Below, one piece after another: positions 12,172 to 24,146 of a stretch of DNA of 64,000 bases. Positions within the stretch are counted from its first letter, which is position 1; each line of letters starts with the position of its first letter. The notes beneath the pieces are model-generated. The model worked only from the letters and a program-made list of their open reading frames with translations, did no database searches and was not told the DNA's origin. Origin of the DNA: Eledone cirrhosa (Eukaryota); contig OZ024742.1 in assembly GCA_964016885.1 (NCBI GenBank), positions 178,374,001 to 178,438,000 on the forward strand, written 5' to 3'. Both the position numbers and the translations under genes were made by a program.

Positions 12172-12449
12172 AGAGCTCAGCCGTTTGGCCCCTACTCTTT
12201 CTAATATATTTCAATATATATATATTAGAAAGAGTAGGGGCCCAACAGCTGAGCTCTTGGCAAGTATTCAGCCATCGACTCTTTCTAATATAGCCACACT
12301 CTACTATCCAAGTATCAAGTACTTTGTTGAATAATGGCCTAACTAGTTTAATACTGGTTTTATCCTGATATATATACATACATATATATATATATATCAT
12401 CATCACCATTTTACGTCTGTTCTTCCATGCTAGCATGGGTTAGACGGGA

Positions 12450-12480
<31 letters not shown>

Positions 12481-12545
12481 TATATATATATATAAATATA
12501 TATATATATACATAAATATATATATATATATATACATATATATAT

Positions 12546-13172
12546 AGGGTAGAAGCAATTATTTTGTATTAGTCTCGGGACTCTGAATTATTATTTTGTG
12601 GTAGTTTCTTTAGATATACTCGGTTGATTACTACTACCTCTTAAAAGGGTCTCATTATAATTACGTCACACCTAGTAAACTTTTCTATAGTCTAGCAGTA
12701 CCAGTGAGAGACTTGATGGCTGTCGTTAGGGAATAGTAACCAGAAATTGTTTGGTTTCTTTTATATTTAATTGGTTTTTTTTTTTAACATTCTCGGTATT
12801 CTTCTATATATTTACACCATATTGTTTTACTTATTGTTTCGACTTCCTCCCCCTCCCCCTCCCTAGTATACTTCCTTGACCTCCGGCCCTGCTGTAGTTG
12901 GCACTATCAACGCACCACTGGGTTTCCTCCACCCCCTCTCCCTCTTTCTTCTACTGGCAGGTTCAGCTACCCCTTCCTTCCACAAATTGCCATGATAGAA
13001 TTATGTGTCTCAACAACAAACTTTTGACCAATCCTTGTGACAATCACTTTTACCATATATGGAATTACCCCCTGAGAAGCTCGGCTATTCATATACCAGG
13101 ATAAAAATGTTCATTTAGTCCAGAATTAGCCGTCGAAACGGCTTGAGCTCAGCCGTTGGAGTCCTACTCATT

Positions 13173-13176
<4 letters not shown>
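12546..13176 (+). mobile_element. Longer copy of the GUC-hammerhead element family (family H), probably a Penelope-like pLTR/3' region
   Basis: Ends in the same tagtccagaattagccgtcgaaacggcttgagctcagccg..ttcctat sequence as the hairpin elements at 17.0, 23.4 and 61.3 kb. Flanked by (TA)n. Confidence 0.65.
13067..13162 (+). ncRNA. Type I hammerhead ribozyme, mutated copy (family H)
   Basis: Stem I acccc/ggagt (ggggt in sister copies); core ctgagaa (deviates from CUGANGA); stem II cggctattc..gaattagccg; gaaa; stem III cggct/agccg; site GTT here but GTC in sister copies. Confidence 0.6.
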
Positions 13177-13232
<56 letters not shown>

Positions 13233-13244
13233 CATACATACATG

Positions 13245-13313
<69 letters not shown>

Positions 13314-13569
13314 ATGTATATACATCAAATATATATATATCAGGATTAAACCAGTTTTATATATGTGTGTGTGTCTAGGTGAGTGGTTACATATATATAT
13401 ATGTATGCGTGTGTGGTTATATATATATATATATATGTATATGTGTGTGGCTAGCTATGTATATGTGTGTGTATGGCTTGATATGTTCATGCCAGAAACC
13501 AACAACACCAATATCTTATTGTGAGAGATCAGTTTGACATTCTATATATATCAATATGTGGGTAATTGT

Positions 13570-13769
13570 TTGAATGTGTCTGTAAACTGTTGTTGTATTT
13601 ATTGTTGCTGTTGCTGTTATTGTTGTTCTTGTTGCTGCTGTTGTTTTTGTTGCTGCTGTTGCTTCTGTTGTTGTTGTAGTTGCTGTTATTGCTACAGCTG
13701 CTGCTGCTGTGTTGGCTGCTGCTGCTGTTGTTGTTGTTGTTGTTGTCGTCGTCGTCGTCGTCGTCGTCG

Positions 13770-13859
<90 letters not shown>

Positions 13860-13978
13860 CTGTTGTTGTTTGTTGTAGTTGCTGTTATTGCTACAGCTGC
13901 TGTTGCTGTGTTGGCTGCTGCTGTTGTTGTTTTGCTGTTGTTGTTGTTGTTTCTGTTGTTCCTGCTGTTGCTGTTGGT
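13570..13978. repeat. Compound trinucleotide repeat (GTT/GCT/GTC)n
   Basis: Direct reading, with a duplicated gttgtagttgctgttattgctacagctgctg block. Confidence 0.95.
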
Positions 13979-14259
13979 GATATATAGCCCCAAGTCAACT
14001 CTGATCAAGAGTAGACAGACATGATCAAATACATTTTAGCCTTCTTCACCCCCACCCCAGCCCCCACCCCCAGCTGCCATTTTTAAAGAAATAAGTAGGA
14101 TTACATTATGTAATATATCCTTCTTCTTATATAATCTGGTAGATTGAGATTTGATTTTGATTTCTAGCAAGTCAGCTGAGTATGTAGAAATACATATGCT
14201 GGTTCTTTGGTTGAGTATGTTTGACTGTGTATGTGTATTTATATATATATGTGTGTGTG

Positions 14260-14356
<97 letters not shown>

Positions 14357-14894
14357 CCTGACCCCATAACTCCTGAGAGAATCATAGGAGTGCCGAACGG
14401 CGTTTCTGGGGGACATTTTTTAAAACCTGGCAGAACCCATCTCCTCTCATGTCTGAATACAGCAGATTTCTCCCAGAAAAGGATAGAAAGTGAGAGAACA
14501 GAAGTTAGAAAAGAGATATAGAGGAATAATTGGCCTCAGTACTTGATTTTTACTTTTTTTCATCAACCTGGAATGGATGAAAAGCAAAGTTAACCTCGAT
14601 ATGTATATATCATCCTCATCATCGTTTAATGTCCATCTTCCACGCTAGCATGGTATGTATTATTTAAAACATCCGTGATCACCAGCAGACAACTGAAGAA
14701 GGGATTGTCCCCCGTTTGTGCTTTCCTTTTATTTCTAAATACACTTTATCAAGTAACCACACAGTTCCTTGCTTCTTCTAAATTTTTATTAATTTTTGCT
14801 GTGACCTGTTCTTTCTTTCTCTTCATTTACTTGTTGTTATTAAATCTTTCTCTTTCTATCTTTCCCCCCCTTTCTCTCTCTCTCTCTCTCTCTC

Positions 14895-14975
<81 letters not shown>

Positions 14976-15025
14976 CTACTACCGTTTTCTCTCGTCTCTG
15001 CCTCTTTTCACCTACTCCCGTCGAG

Positions 15026-15088
15026 GTAGGGACGTAACTATGCTGGAAAGCATGGTGTCTGACCCTCCACCAATACTGCCAATCCACC
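15026..15088 (-). mobile_element. SINE family A, 5' head fragment
   Basis: gggacgtaactatgctggaaagcatgg..atactgccaatccac matches the other A copies. Confidence 0.7.
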
Positions 15089-15286
15089 TATATAATATTA
15101 ATAATAATAATATATGTGCATTGATTGATTAAGGTTGGCCCACTGGTGAAAGCTCTTATCTTAGTGTGGTAATTCTCCATTTAATTGTGGTAATTATTAC
15201 GTTTCTTCAGACCCCCAAAACAGTGACTGTCTGGGCATGTATTGGAACTGTATGTTGCTAATATAATGTAAGTAATATTTCATTGT

Positions 15287-15617
15287 GAAGGCACATGGCT
15301 TAGTGGTTAGAGCATTGGGCTTGCAATTGAAACGGTGGGAGTTCAATTCTAGTACTGGATGATGTGTTGTATCCTTGAGCAAGATACTTTATTTCACGTT
15401 GCTCCAGTTTACTCAGCTGTAGAAATGAGTTGCGATGTCACTGGTGCCAAGCTGTATTAGCCATAGCCTTACCCTTGGACATCATCTGTGGCATGGAGAG
15501 GGGAGGCTGGTATGCATGGGCAACTGCTGGTCTTCCACAAAACAACCTTACCCGGACTTGTGTCTCGGAGGAAAACTTTCTAGGTGCAAATCACATGGTC
15601 ATTCGTGACCAAAGGGG
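15287..15617 (+). mobile_element. tRNA-derived CORE-type SINE family B
   Basis: A-box tggcttagtggttagag, B-box gagttcaattc, and a CORE-like block gtgttgtatccttgagcaagatactttatttcacgttgctccagtttactcagctgtagaaatgag similar to the MIR/CORE domain. Confidence 0.8.
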
Positions 15618-15816
15618 ATCTTCAAATATTTCATTGTTCTAACAGATATGTGTTCTATAGGATTTTTTTTACAAGATATCTAAATTGTTGTACCAATAAC
15701 AATATTTTGAGACTTCCTTTTGCTCAGAAACTTTAGTGCCTTTACATTGAGGGGTTATTGGTCAGCAAGTTGAAATATATTTTATGTACTGATATTTTCC
15801 TTATATATATATATAT

Positions 15817-16025
15817 CATCATCATCATTTAATGTCTATTTTCCATGCTACAATAGGTTAGACGGGTTTGTCCCATTAGAGGCAAGTTGCATCAGGTGAC
15901 CGTGTCTTGCTCATATAGGTCTGTTTCAGGCTAGATTTTTACGGCTGGATTGCCTTCCTAACGCCAACTACATTTACAGTTTATGCTAGGTGCTTTTTGC
16001 ATGTCTCCTACACGACCACTTTACG
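15817..16025 (-). mobile_element. 3' part of SINE family C with (GAT)n tail
   Basis: Reverse complement of ttggcgttaggaaggcaatccagccgtaaaaa..ccgtctaacc..gcatggaaaatagacattaaatgatgatg. Confidence 0.7.
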
Positions 16026-16045
16026 GTATATATATATATATATAT

Positions 16046-16549
16046 GTTAGTTAGGTGTGTAACAACAGTTACAGACAGCACACCGTTCGAAGCACTCCAT
16101 GCTGTTACAAGGTCCGTTTCATTTAGATTGTATTCCAATGTTACAACTGTAGTGTGTAGAGTGTTAATACATTTAAAAGAGTCAAAGGCAGTGTTGCAGC
16201 ATATGTACAAACTTTATTTGCATATTTCAATTGTTTCGATATAAATCAACTTGGGGTACAATCAAGATGATGGGGGCCCTAACTCTTTTTTGACATCTTG
16301 TCAGATATGCGAGCTCATATGTGCAAACTGAGTTTAGATGTATCTTTGCACTGCACATATAGGCTCACATATCTGATGAGATGTCAAAAAGGAGTCAAGG
16401 CACTGTCACCTTCATTGTACCCCGAGTTGATTTATATCGAAACAATTGTAATATGCAAATAAAGTTTGTACATATGCTGCAACACTGACTTTGACTCTTT
16501 TAAATGTATTCACATTCTACTACAGTTGTAACATTGGAATACAATCTAA
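16046..16549. mobile_element. Fold-back element with ~200-bp inverted arms carrying hammerhead motifs
   Basis: Arms at about 16122-16325 and 16352-16549 are reverse complements; the left arm has a ~75-bp extension. Flanked by (TA)n/(CA)n. Confidence 0.85.
16368..16455 (+). ncRNA. Type I hammerhead ribozyme with intact core
   Basis: Stem I catat/atatg; ctgatga 16373-79; stem II gatgt..atatc with a long insert; gaaa 16439-42; palindromic stem III caattg; GUA site, predicted cleavage after 16450. Confidence 0.8.
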
Positions 16550-16553
16550 ACAA

Positions 16554-16606
<53 letters not shown>

Positions 16607-16609
<3 letters not shown>

Positions 16610-16768
16610 GAAAAAATGAAGAAGTTTCGTTTACATAGGAAAAATATAAGCAATAAATATTTTTCATATGTAAACGAAACTTCTTTGTTTTTTTTCTCTT
16701 ATATACACTCTGCCTGTGCATAGAATGCTTGATTTGGTACCAACACCAGTATTTCGTCATACTACCTA

Positions 16769-16771
<3 letters not shown>
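16607..16771. mobile_element. Short fold-back insertion in (TA)n
   Basis: Arms 16611-16647 and 16657-16694 (gaagtttcgtttacata / tatgtaaacgaaacttc) plus a ~75-bp extension of one arm. Confidence 0.7.
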
Positions 16772-16814
<43 letters not shown>

Positions 16815-16819
<5 letters not shown>

Positions 16820-16945
16820 GAAGTTCTATTTAAATTGTTGGGATACAACAAGCAAATATTTTTATAACTGATATAAAGCACTCAACAAATTATTGGAGTA
16901 AAAATACGATATATTAACAAATGGAAACTATATTTATAAAACCAT
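16815..16945 (-). mobile_element. 3' fragment of the 61.85-62.2 kb hammerhead element family
   Basis: Reverse complement of about 62085-62218 (tatcagttataaaa.., ttgttgagtgctttata, tttccatttgtt). Confidence 0.8.
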
Positions 16946-16965
16946 ATATATATATATATATATAT

Positions 16966-17156
16966 AACGAAGGAAAAGTGGTAAGGAACCAGGTGGACCA
17001 TAACACACCAAAGTACTCAATACTTAGGGTAGTAGAGTGGGTAATAGGAACAAGTAAGACCCCGACGGCTGAGCTCAAGCCGTTTCGACGGCTAATTCTG
17101 GACTGAATTAGCCATCGAAACGGCTTGAGCTCAGCCGTCGGGGTCTTACTTGTTCC

Positions 17157-17159
<3 letters not shown>
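16966..17159. mobile_element. Family H fold-back element
   Basis: Arms 17044-17098 and 17105-17159 plus a ~78-bp extension. Inserted in (TA)n. Confidence 0.9.
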
Positions 17160-17187
<28 letters not shown>

Positions 17188-17272
17188 ATATATACATATA
17201 TATATTTATATATATATATGTATATGTGCAAACTGAGTTTAGATGTATCTTTGCACTGCACATATAGGCTCA

Positions 17273-17359
17273 CATATCTGATGAGATGTCAAAAAGGAGT
17301 CGAGGCAGTGTCACCATCATTGTACTCTAAGCTGATCGATATCGAAACAATGTAATGTG
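17273..17359 (+). ncRNA. Type I hammerhead ribozyme, sister of the 16368-16455 copy
   Basis: Stem I catat/atgtg; ctgatga 17278-84; stem II gatgtc/gatatc; gaaa 17344-47; caatg; GUA site. Confidence 0.78.
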
Positions 17360-17561
17360 GCCGTGTAGGTAACACGGTAAAAACCTCCCAGTTCCACACT
17401 GTAAATGTGGTTGGTGTTAGGAAGGGCATCCAGCCGTAGAAAACCCGCCAGACAGTCCTATGCGAGCAAGACAACCACTCTTGCCTCAAGTGGGAAAACT
17501 CCCGTCCAAACCCATGCAAGCGTGGAAGATGGACGTTAAACGATGATGATGATGATGATGA
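17360..17561 (+). mobile_element. 3' part of SINE family C with (GAT)n tail
   Basis: ttggtgttaggaagggcatccagccgtagaaa..cccatgcaagcgtggaagatggacgttaaacgatgatgatg. Confidence 0.8.
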
Positions 17562-17617
17562 TATATATATATATATATAAATTATACAATTATCAAAGTT
17601 GTGTTCAAATCATTTAA

Positions 17618-17666
17618 TAGCTGATAATCGTTTCTTCCAAACTCTCGTTTGGTGTCATCAGAGCAT
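17618..17666 (-). ncRNA. Minimal hammerhead-like motif
   Basis: The minus strand reads gct-ctgatga-ca-ccaaac-gaga-gtttgg-aa-gaaa-cgatta-tc-agc: stem II is capped by a GNRA loop and stem I is gct/agc. Confidence 0.6.
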
Positions 17667-17767
17667 TATCAATGCTATTTCTCTTACTGGTAATAAGGTA
17701 ATTAAAAATTACTGACCCTCCTGTTTATAGTTGTTTATACTATATATATAACTATAAATAGTATTAA

Positions 17768-17838
17768 CGGGGTCGATAAAATAAAGTACCAGTAATACAC
17801 TGGGTAATTGCTGGCCTTGTGCCTAACGTAGAAACAAT
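17768..17838 (+). mobile_element. SINE family A, 3' fragment
   Basis: cggggtcgataaaataaagtaccagtaat..gccttgtgcctaacgtagaaac. Confidence 0.8.
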
Positions 17839-17853
17839 TATTATATATATATA

Positions 17854-17888
<35 letters not shown>

Positions 17889-17891
17889 TAA

Positions 17892-18220
17892 TTTCATTTT
17901 ACGTCCGCTTTTCCCTGCTTGCAAGGGTGAGACGGGAACTGATTCTGGCTTGATTTCTACAGCTGGATGCCCTTCCTAACACCAACCTCATTTACAGTGA
18001 GTGCTGGGTGCTTTTTTTTTCAGTGGCACCTCCACGACCACTTTGCAGTGGAATGATAGGGACTCCAGTCCTATCATCTCATTTCTACAGCTGAGTAAAC
18101 TGGAGCAATGTGAAATAAAGTGTCTTGCTCAAGGAAACAACACATCACCTGGTCCAAGAATTGAACTCACAACCTTTCAATTGCAAGCCCAATGCGTTAA
18201 CCACTAAGTCATGTGCCTCC
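17892..18220 (-). mobile_element. Full-length SINE family C (tRNA head, CORE-like block, one 48-bp unit, RTE-like tail)
   Basis: Reverse complement of ggaggcacatgacttagtggttaacgc..gagttcaattc..ccttgagcaagacactttatttcac..ttggtgttaggaagggcatccagctgtagaaa..gcaagcagggaaaagcggacgtaaaatgaa. Confidence 0.85.
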
Positions 18221-18243
18221 ATATATATATATATATATATAAT

Positions 18244-18428
18244 AATTGTTTCTACTTTTGGCACAAGGCCAGCAATTACCCAGTACATTACTGGTACTTT
18301 ATTTTATCGACCCCGTAAGGATGAAAGGCAAAGTTAACCTCGGCGGGATTTGAACTCAGACCGTAAAGGGACGTAACTATGCTGGAAAGCATGGCGTCCG
18401 ACTCTCTCTACTGATACTGTCAATCCAC
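18244..18428 (-). mobile_element. SINE family A
   Basis: Full-length reverse-complement match to 2346-2530. Confidence 0.88.
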
Positions 18429-20395
18429 ATAATAATAATAATGAAATATTGTGTACAGTGCTCAGGTGCACTACAACTCATCAAGAAGTGTATGTATAGT
18501 ACATAGAGTAATGTACAAACGTCAGGAAAATGAACAGTGCATGAGTCATGATATACACATGTGTGCATGTGTATGGAAGGGGTACATCAGGTGTAGTTTT
18601 GGCGAATTTCGGGAAGCATGAGGGTTTTAAAGGATGCAGTGTCTTGGCAGCTAACAACTGACGCAGGCAGTTTGTTCCATGCTTCAGCAACTCTGAGCGT
18701 GAAAATATGTTTCCAAAAGTCATGGGAGCTGTGCTGTTTTCTGATTTTGTAGGCATGTCCACATGTGTTAGACACATGGAGATTAAAAAGGTGCTCAGGG
18801 TTGTTGTTGGCGAGATGGTTAATAACTTTGTGAGTGTTTACCAAGTCCATTGCCAGACGTGGGAGCTTCAATGAATCCATGCCCAGGAAAACAAGGCGTT
18901 CAGAGTATGGTAGGTGTCTGATGGAGGGTGTGCGCTTGGTTGCACGTCTCTGAACATTTTCCAGAAGGTCAATGTTCTGAGCAAGATAGGGGTTCCAGAC
19001 TGATGATGCGAATTCCAAGTGTGGTCGTACCATAGCTGTATACAGCTTTAAATAGATGACTGGAGAGCGGCTAACAAAAGTCCTGCTGAGTGATGCCAAG
19101 ATACCCTCGGCCTTCTTGACAATCTTAGAGACATGCTTTGTCCAACGCAAATCGCTGCTGACAGTAATGCCGAGGTCACGTTCACAAGAGGACTTCTTGA
19201 TATCAGTGTTGTGGAGGGAGTATGTGGACGCTGGATTTTTCCTCCCAAAATGCATGGTGGTACACTTGTCCACAGCCAGCTTCAGTTGACAGTCTGTGAT
19301 CCATTGCTGCATTGTGTCCAGGTCTGATTGTAGGAAAGAGTTGTAGATTTCAGGATCAGTCCTTTTGATTTCAAGGTACAGCTTGATGTCATCTGCATAT
19401 TTCAGTACCGTGGCATTCTTTAAGTTGGCATCTATGTCATTAATATATGCCACAAACAAAAGGGGACCAAGAACAGATCCCTGTGGTACACCAGATGACA
19501 TCTCATATGGTGAAGAATGCTGTCCTAGAACCGTGACTACCTCTTTTTGGCTGAGAATGAAGGATTTCAACCAGTTAAAAAGATCATCCCTCACACCCAT
19601 TGCAGAGAGTTTTGCCATAAGTCTTTTGTGTGGCACAGAATTAAAAGCCTTAACGAAGTCAAGGTAAACAACATCCACCCATGAGCCGCTGTCAGTGATC
19701 CGGGTAATGTCTTCAAGGAACTCGATAAGCTGATCACAGCAGCTGGAGGATAAATCCAAACTGCGAGGGCCGGATGAGGCTGTGAGAGCTCCAGAAGTTC
19801 GAAAGTGTTTCTCTGACACAGGATTCCATCAGTTTGGCAATACAGCTAGTAACACTGACTGGACAATAGTTGACAGGTGACGTGCGGTCACCCTTTTTGA
19901 ACAGGGGAATGACACTGGCAGTTTTCCACTGCTCCGGAGTAGCACCATTGTTGAGACAGTATTGAAAGAAGAAAGAAAGCTGGTGCAAAAGGAAGTACCC
20001 GCCACGTTTGAGAAGCAGGTATGTAACACCATCAAGACCAGGGGAGGCATAGTTGCGCTTATTCTTAAGGTGACGTCGCAACATTGCAGGTTTAAATTCC
20101 ATAGTTGTTATGGAATTTGATGTTAGAGATGGTGGAGATGGTACATTCTGGTTTTCAACAGTAAAAATGCTTGCATAGTACTCAGCAATGAGTTCTGCAC
20201 ATTCTTTGGGATCGTCAGTGATCTGGCTTGTGTGGGGATTGCAAAGAGGACCAACTGGAGAGTGAGGTCTCTGCTTTGAATGAACATATTTCCAGAACAC
20301 CTTACTGTCAGGATTGGTTGCTATGCACTGTTCAAATTCAAGCACTGCCTTTTTTGTCACTTGCTTGAGATGGTTAGAAGATTTATTCCGCTTTT
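18429..20395 (-). mobile_element. CR1-clade LINE ORF2 remnant (reverse transcriptase), 5'-truncated, one frameshift near 19740
   Basis: ORFs 19734-20465 and 18587-19819 encode SPGLDG..WKTASVIPLFKKGDR..QFGF / VDVVYLDFVKAFNSVPHKRL..GVPQGSVLGPLLF..KYADD..ERDLGI..VRPHLEFASSVWNP..LENVQRRATK..RVAEAWNKLP. 3' UTR with an (ATT)n tail at about 18430. Confidence 0.92.
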
Positions 20396-20463
<68 letters not shown>

Positions 20464-20561
20464 ATATATATATGAGGGCCTGCCAGCTAAATGTGAACTT
20501 GCTCCAGGCTGGCCCTTGTATCAATAACTTATACAATTTGCTTGACTTTCTCTCTAAAAAT

Positions 20562-20642
20562 GTCATCTGATGAAGTCAGGCCAGTGGATATGTGATGACT
20601 ACATCACCTAATCATCAACCCCAGAGAAATATGTATAATAGC
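20562..20642 (+). ncRNA. Degenerate hammerhead-like motif in a ~230-bp insertion
   Basis: gtcat-ctgatga (20567-73)..gaaa (20626-29)-tatgta-ta-atagc; stem I is imperfect. Confidence 0.4.
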
Positions 20643-20705
20643 TCATTGGAATAAATAAATTAATAACGAACTGCACATAGCCTTTGGTATTATTTACTGT
20701 ATATA

Positions 20706-20742
<37 letters not shown>

Positions 20743-20821
20743 GTATATATATATGTATATATGTATATATATATGTATATGTATATATATGTGTATATGT
20801 ATATATATGTATATATATGTG

Positions 20822-20884
<63 letters not shown>

Positions 20885-21041
20885 TCAGGTTATCAATAAT
20901 GTAGTGATAATATATCGTTACGTTAGAGATGAACAGCGTACGTGCAGGTTTGCTCAACGAGTATAAATTATATTCCGGAGAAAATGTAGAAAGGATGAAT
21001 ATAAAATGAAAGTGCTTTTTTTTAAAAAAGGAATTTATTAG

Positions 21042-21160
21042 GTATTGACATATGTTTCTGTAACAGACTGAATACCTATGTATCGCTGCTTGCGTAATCA
21101 TATAATGTTAGCAAGTATTCGATAGCAAATGTATAATCAGTTGTCACTTCTTCAGAGATT
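21042..21160 (-). ncRNA. Degenerate hammerhead-like motif with long stem II
   Basis: Minus strand ctgaaga-a-gtgaca..tgttac-a-gaaa-catatg-tc, with palindromic stem III and a GUC site. Stem I does not pair. Confidence 0.45.
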
Positions 21161-21847
21161 TTGGATAAACTGGATAAAATCAGAAAAATTGAAGTATTTA
21201 TATTAGTAATAGAGGAAGAAACAGAGGGGATAGTATATGACAGATGGTAAATTAATTTACTGCTAAACAAGTATATAATGGGTTTCTAATGAGAATACCA
21301 TGAGTAAATCTAAATAAGAATTTTGCGAGTGCCAATTTTAATCTCTACTTGACCAACTGGACAGTAGATAGCGCTGGTCATTTGGTGCAGTAGTATTAAT
21401 TATAAAGTGTCAATTGGGGAAGGGGGAGATTTCGATTGCTACTAAATAACATTAATGCTAGTAGCCAGCTGGTATATGCATTAGGGAATCAAGAAATCAG
21501 AAATCTCATTTTATCTATAGCAGTTTGTATTAAAAGGTAAATAATAGAAGAGTTGATAGAATTAAGACTAATAAAGAATGTTAATATCTATTTTGATAAT
21601 CAAACGGGGATAGAGACAGGCGTTCAATCCTGGTAGTATTTATAATATGAAAATGTAGATTTTAAGCGATGGTTACAGTATAACGATCGCTCTATTCTGT
21701 TATTTAATAAAATGTTTTTGGATTTCATAATACAAAATATAAATATATATATATATAAATATATATATATATATGTATATATATGTGTATATGTATATAT
21801 ATATATGTGTGTGTATATGTATATATATATATGTATATATATGTATA

Positions 21848-21897
<50 letters not shown>

Positions 21898-21991
21898 TAT
21901 ATATATGTATATATATGTATATATGTATATATATGTATATATATATATATATTTATATATATGTATATATATGTATATATGTATATATATG

Positions 21992-22068
<77 letters not shown>

Positions 22069-22316
22069 ATATATATGTATATATATATAGTATAAAAGAG
22101 AAAACACAGGTAAGCATTAAGAGAAGGATTTTATCCAGGTATTTACGACGGTTTCATTGGTAAGTGCAACCTTATATTGCTATACTGCAAATAGCAGCCA
22201 CTCAATTATAATTGTTGTTCACAATCCAAATTTTCAATTGTATATATATATGTATATATACATATGTATACATATATATGTATATATATATATGTATATA
22301 TATATATGTATTTATA

Positions 22317-22363
<47 letters not shown>

Positions 22364-22424
22364 GTATATATATATGTATATGTATATATGTATATATGTA
22401 TATATATATGTATATCTATATATG

Positions 22425-22457
<33 letters not shown>

Positions 22458-22808
22458 GTATATATGTATATATATATATGTATATATGTATATATATATA
22501 TTTATATATATATATATATATATGTATGTATATACAAGGATCGGAATTAGAGTATTCCGCAGTTCACAGTAATAACAATATTAGCTCAAAGAAGAACAGA
22601 GAATGTTCAACTGAGCTCAAATACAAATATATTACACAGAGAGAAGTGTGTTACACAGTGAGATGTGTGTAAAGAATTATTACATGTGTGTTTAACCGTT
22701 ACTGTATGGAAAACAACACCTACAAGTTAGCAATTAAATAGAAAGAACATTAAGACAGAATCAAATCTCCGAAGTAAAGCTTTAAATTACCAACCTTATA
22801 ACTATAAG

Positions 22809-22884
22809 CTTGCTGATACGAATCTATTTCGTTTTGCCACTGAAATGTGTAGTGTAAAAGTCCACAGGTTCCTCAGTCAGCAAG
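22809..22884 (-). ncRNA. Type I hammerhead ribozyme motif
   Basis: Minus strand cttgctga-ctgagga-(39 nt)-gaaa-tagattcg-ta-tcagcaag, with a perfect 8-bp stem I. Stems II and III are weak. Confidence 0.6.
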
Positions 22885-22922
22885 TGTGGAATTGTATATA
22901 TATATATATGTATATATATGTA

Positions 22923-23262
22923 TCATCATCATCATTTCATTTTTACGTCCGCTTTTCCCTGCTTGCAAGGGTGGGAAGGGAACTGATTCTGGCTTGATTT
23001 CTACAGCTGGATGCCTTTCCTAACACCAACCTCATTTACAGTGAGTGCTGGGTGCTTTTTTGTCGTGGCACCTCCACGACCACTTTGCAGTGGAATGATA
23101 CGGACCCCAGTCCTATCACCTCATTTCTACAGCTGAGTAAACTAGAGCAATGTGAAATAAAGTGTCTTGCTCAAGGACACAACACATCACCCGGTCTGAG
23201 AATTGAACTCACTACCTTTCGATTGCAAGGCCAATGCTCTAACCACTTAGCCATGTGCCTCC
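22923..23262 (-). mobile_element. Full-length SINE family C
   Basis: Near-identical to 17892-18220. Confidence 0.88.
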
Positions 23263-23269
23263 ATATATG

Positions 23270-23605
<336 letters not shown>

Positions 23606-23842
23606 ATATATATATATATATATATGTATATAGATATATATATATATGTATATAGATATATATATCTATGTATATAGATATATATATATATGTATATAGA
23701 TATAGATATATATATGTATATAGATATAGATATATATATGTATATAGATATAGATATATATATGTATATAGATATAGATATATATATGTATATAGATATA
23801 TATATGTATATAGATATATATATATGTATATAGATATATATG

Positions 23843-23878
<36 letters not shown>

Positions 23879-23888
23879 AGTGTGTGTG

Positions 23889-23938
<50 letters not shown>

Positions 23939-24146
23939 TATTAATAAGAGGAATTCCAACTTTGTCTGATTTACTCGTTTTATTTACAATCCTTTAAAAT
24001 TTATAATGGTATTATAATGAAACAGTATGGTAGAATATTAAATTCTAAGTGTTAATTGAACAAGTACTTTCATGCTTTCGCAATCTTCAAGTGATGACAG
24101 TCAAGTTTGCAATTTTCAGTATATATATATATATATATATATATAT

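Noticed and set aside
8036-14369. Many His/Thr/Tyr/Ile/Cys/Val-rich ORFs
   Set aside because: They are translations of (CA)n, (TA)n, (CATA)n and trinucleotide microsatellites. The same applies to the ORFs at 20.7-24 kb and 59-64 kb.
15287-15365. tRNA gene candidates at SINE heads
   Set aside because: A and B boxes are present, but there is no intact cloverleaf, and each continues into a SINE body.
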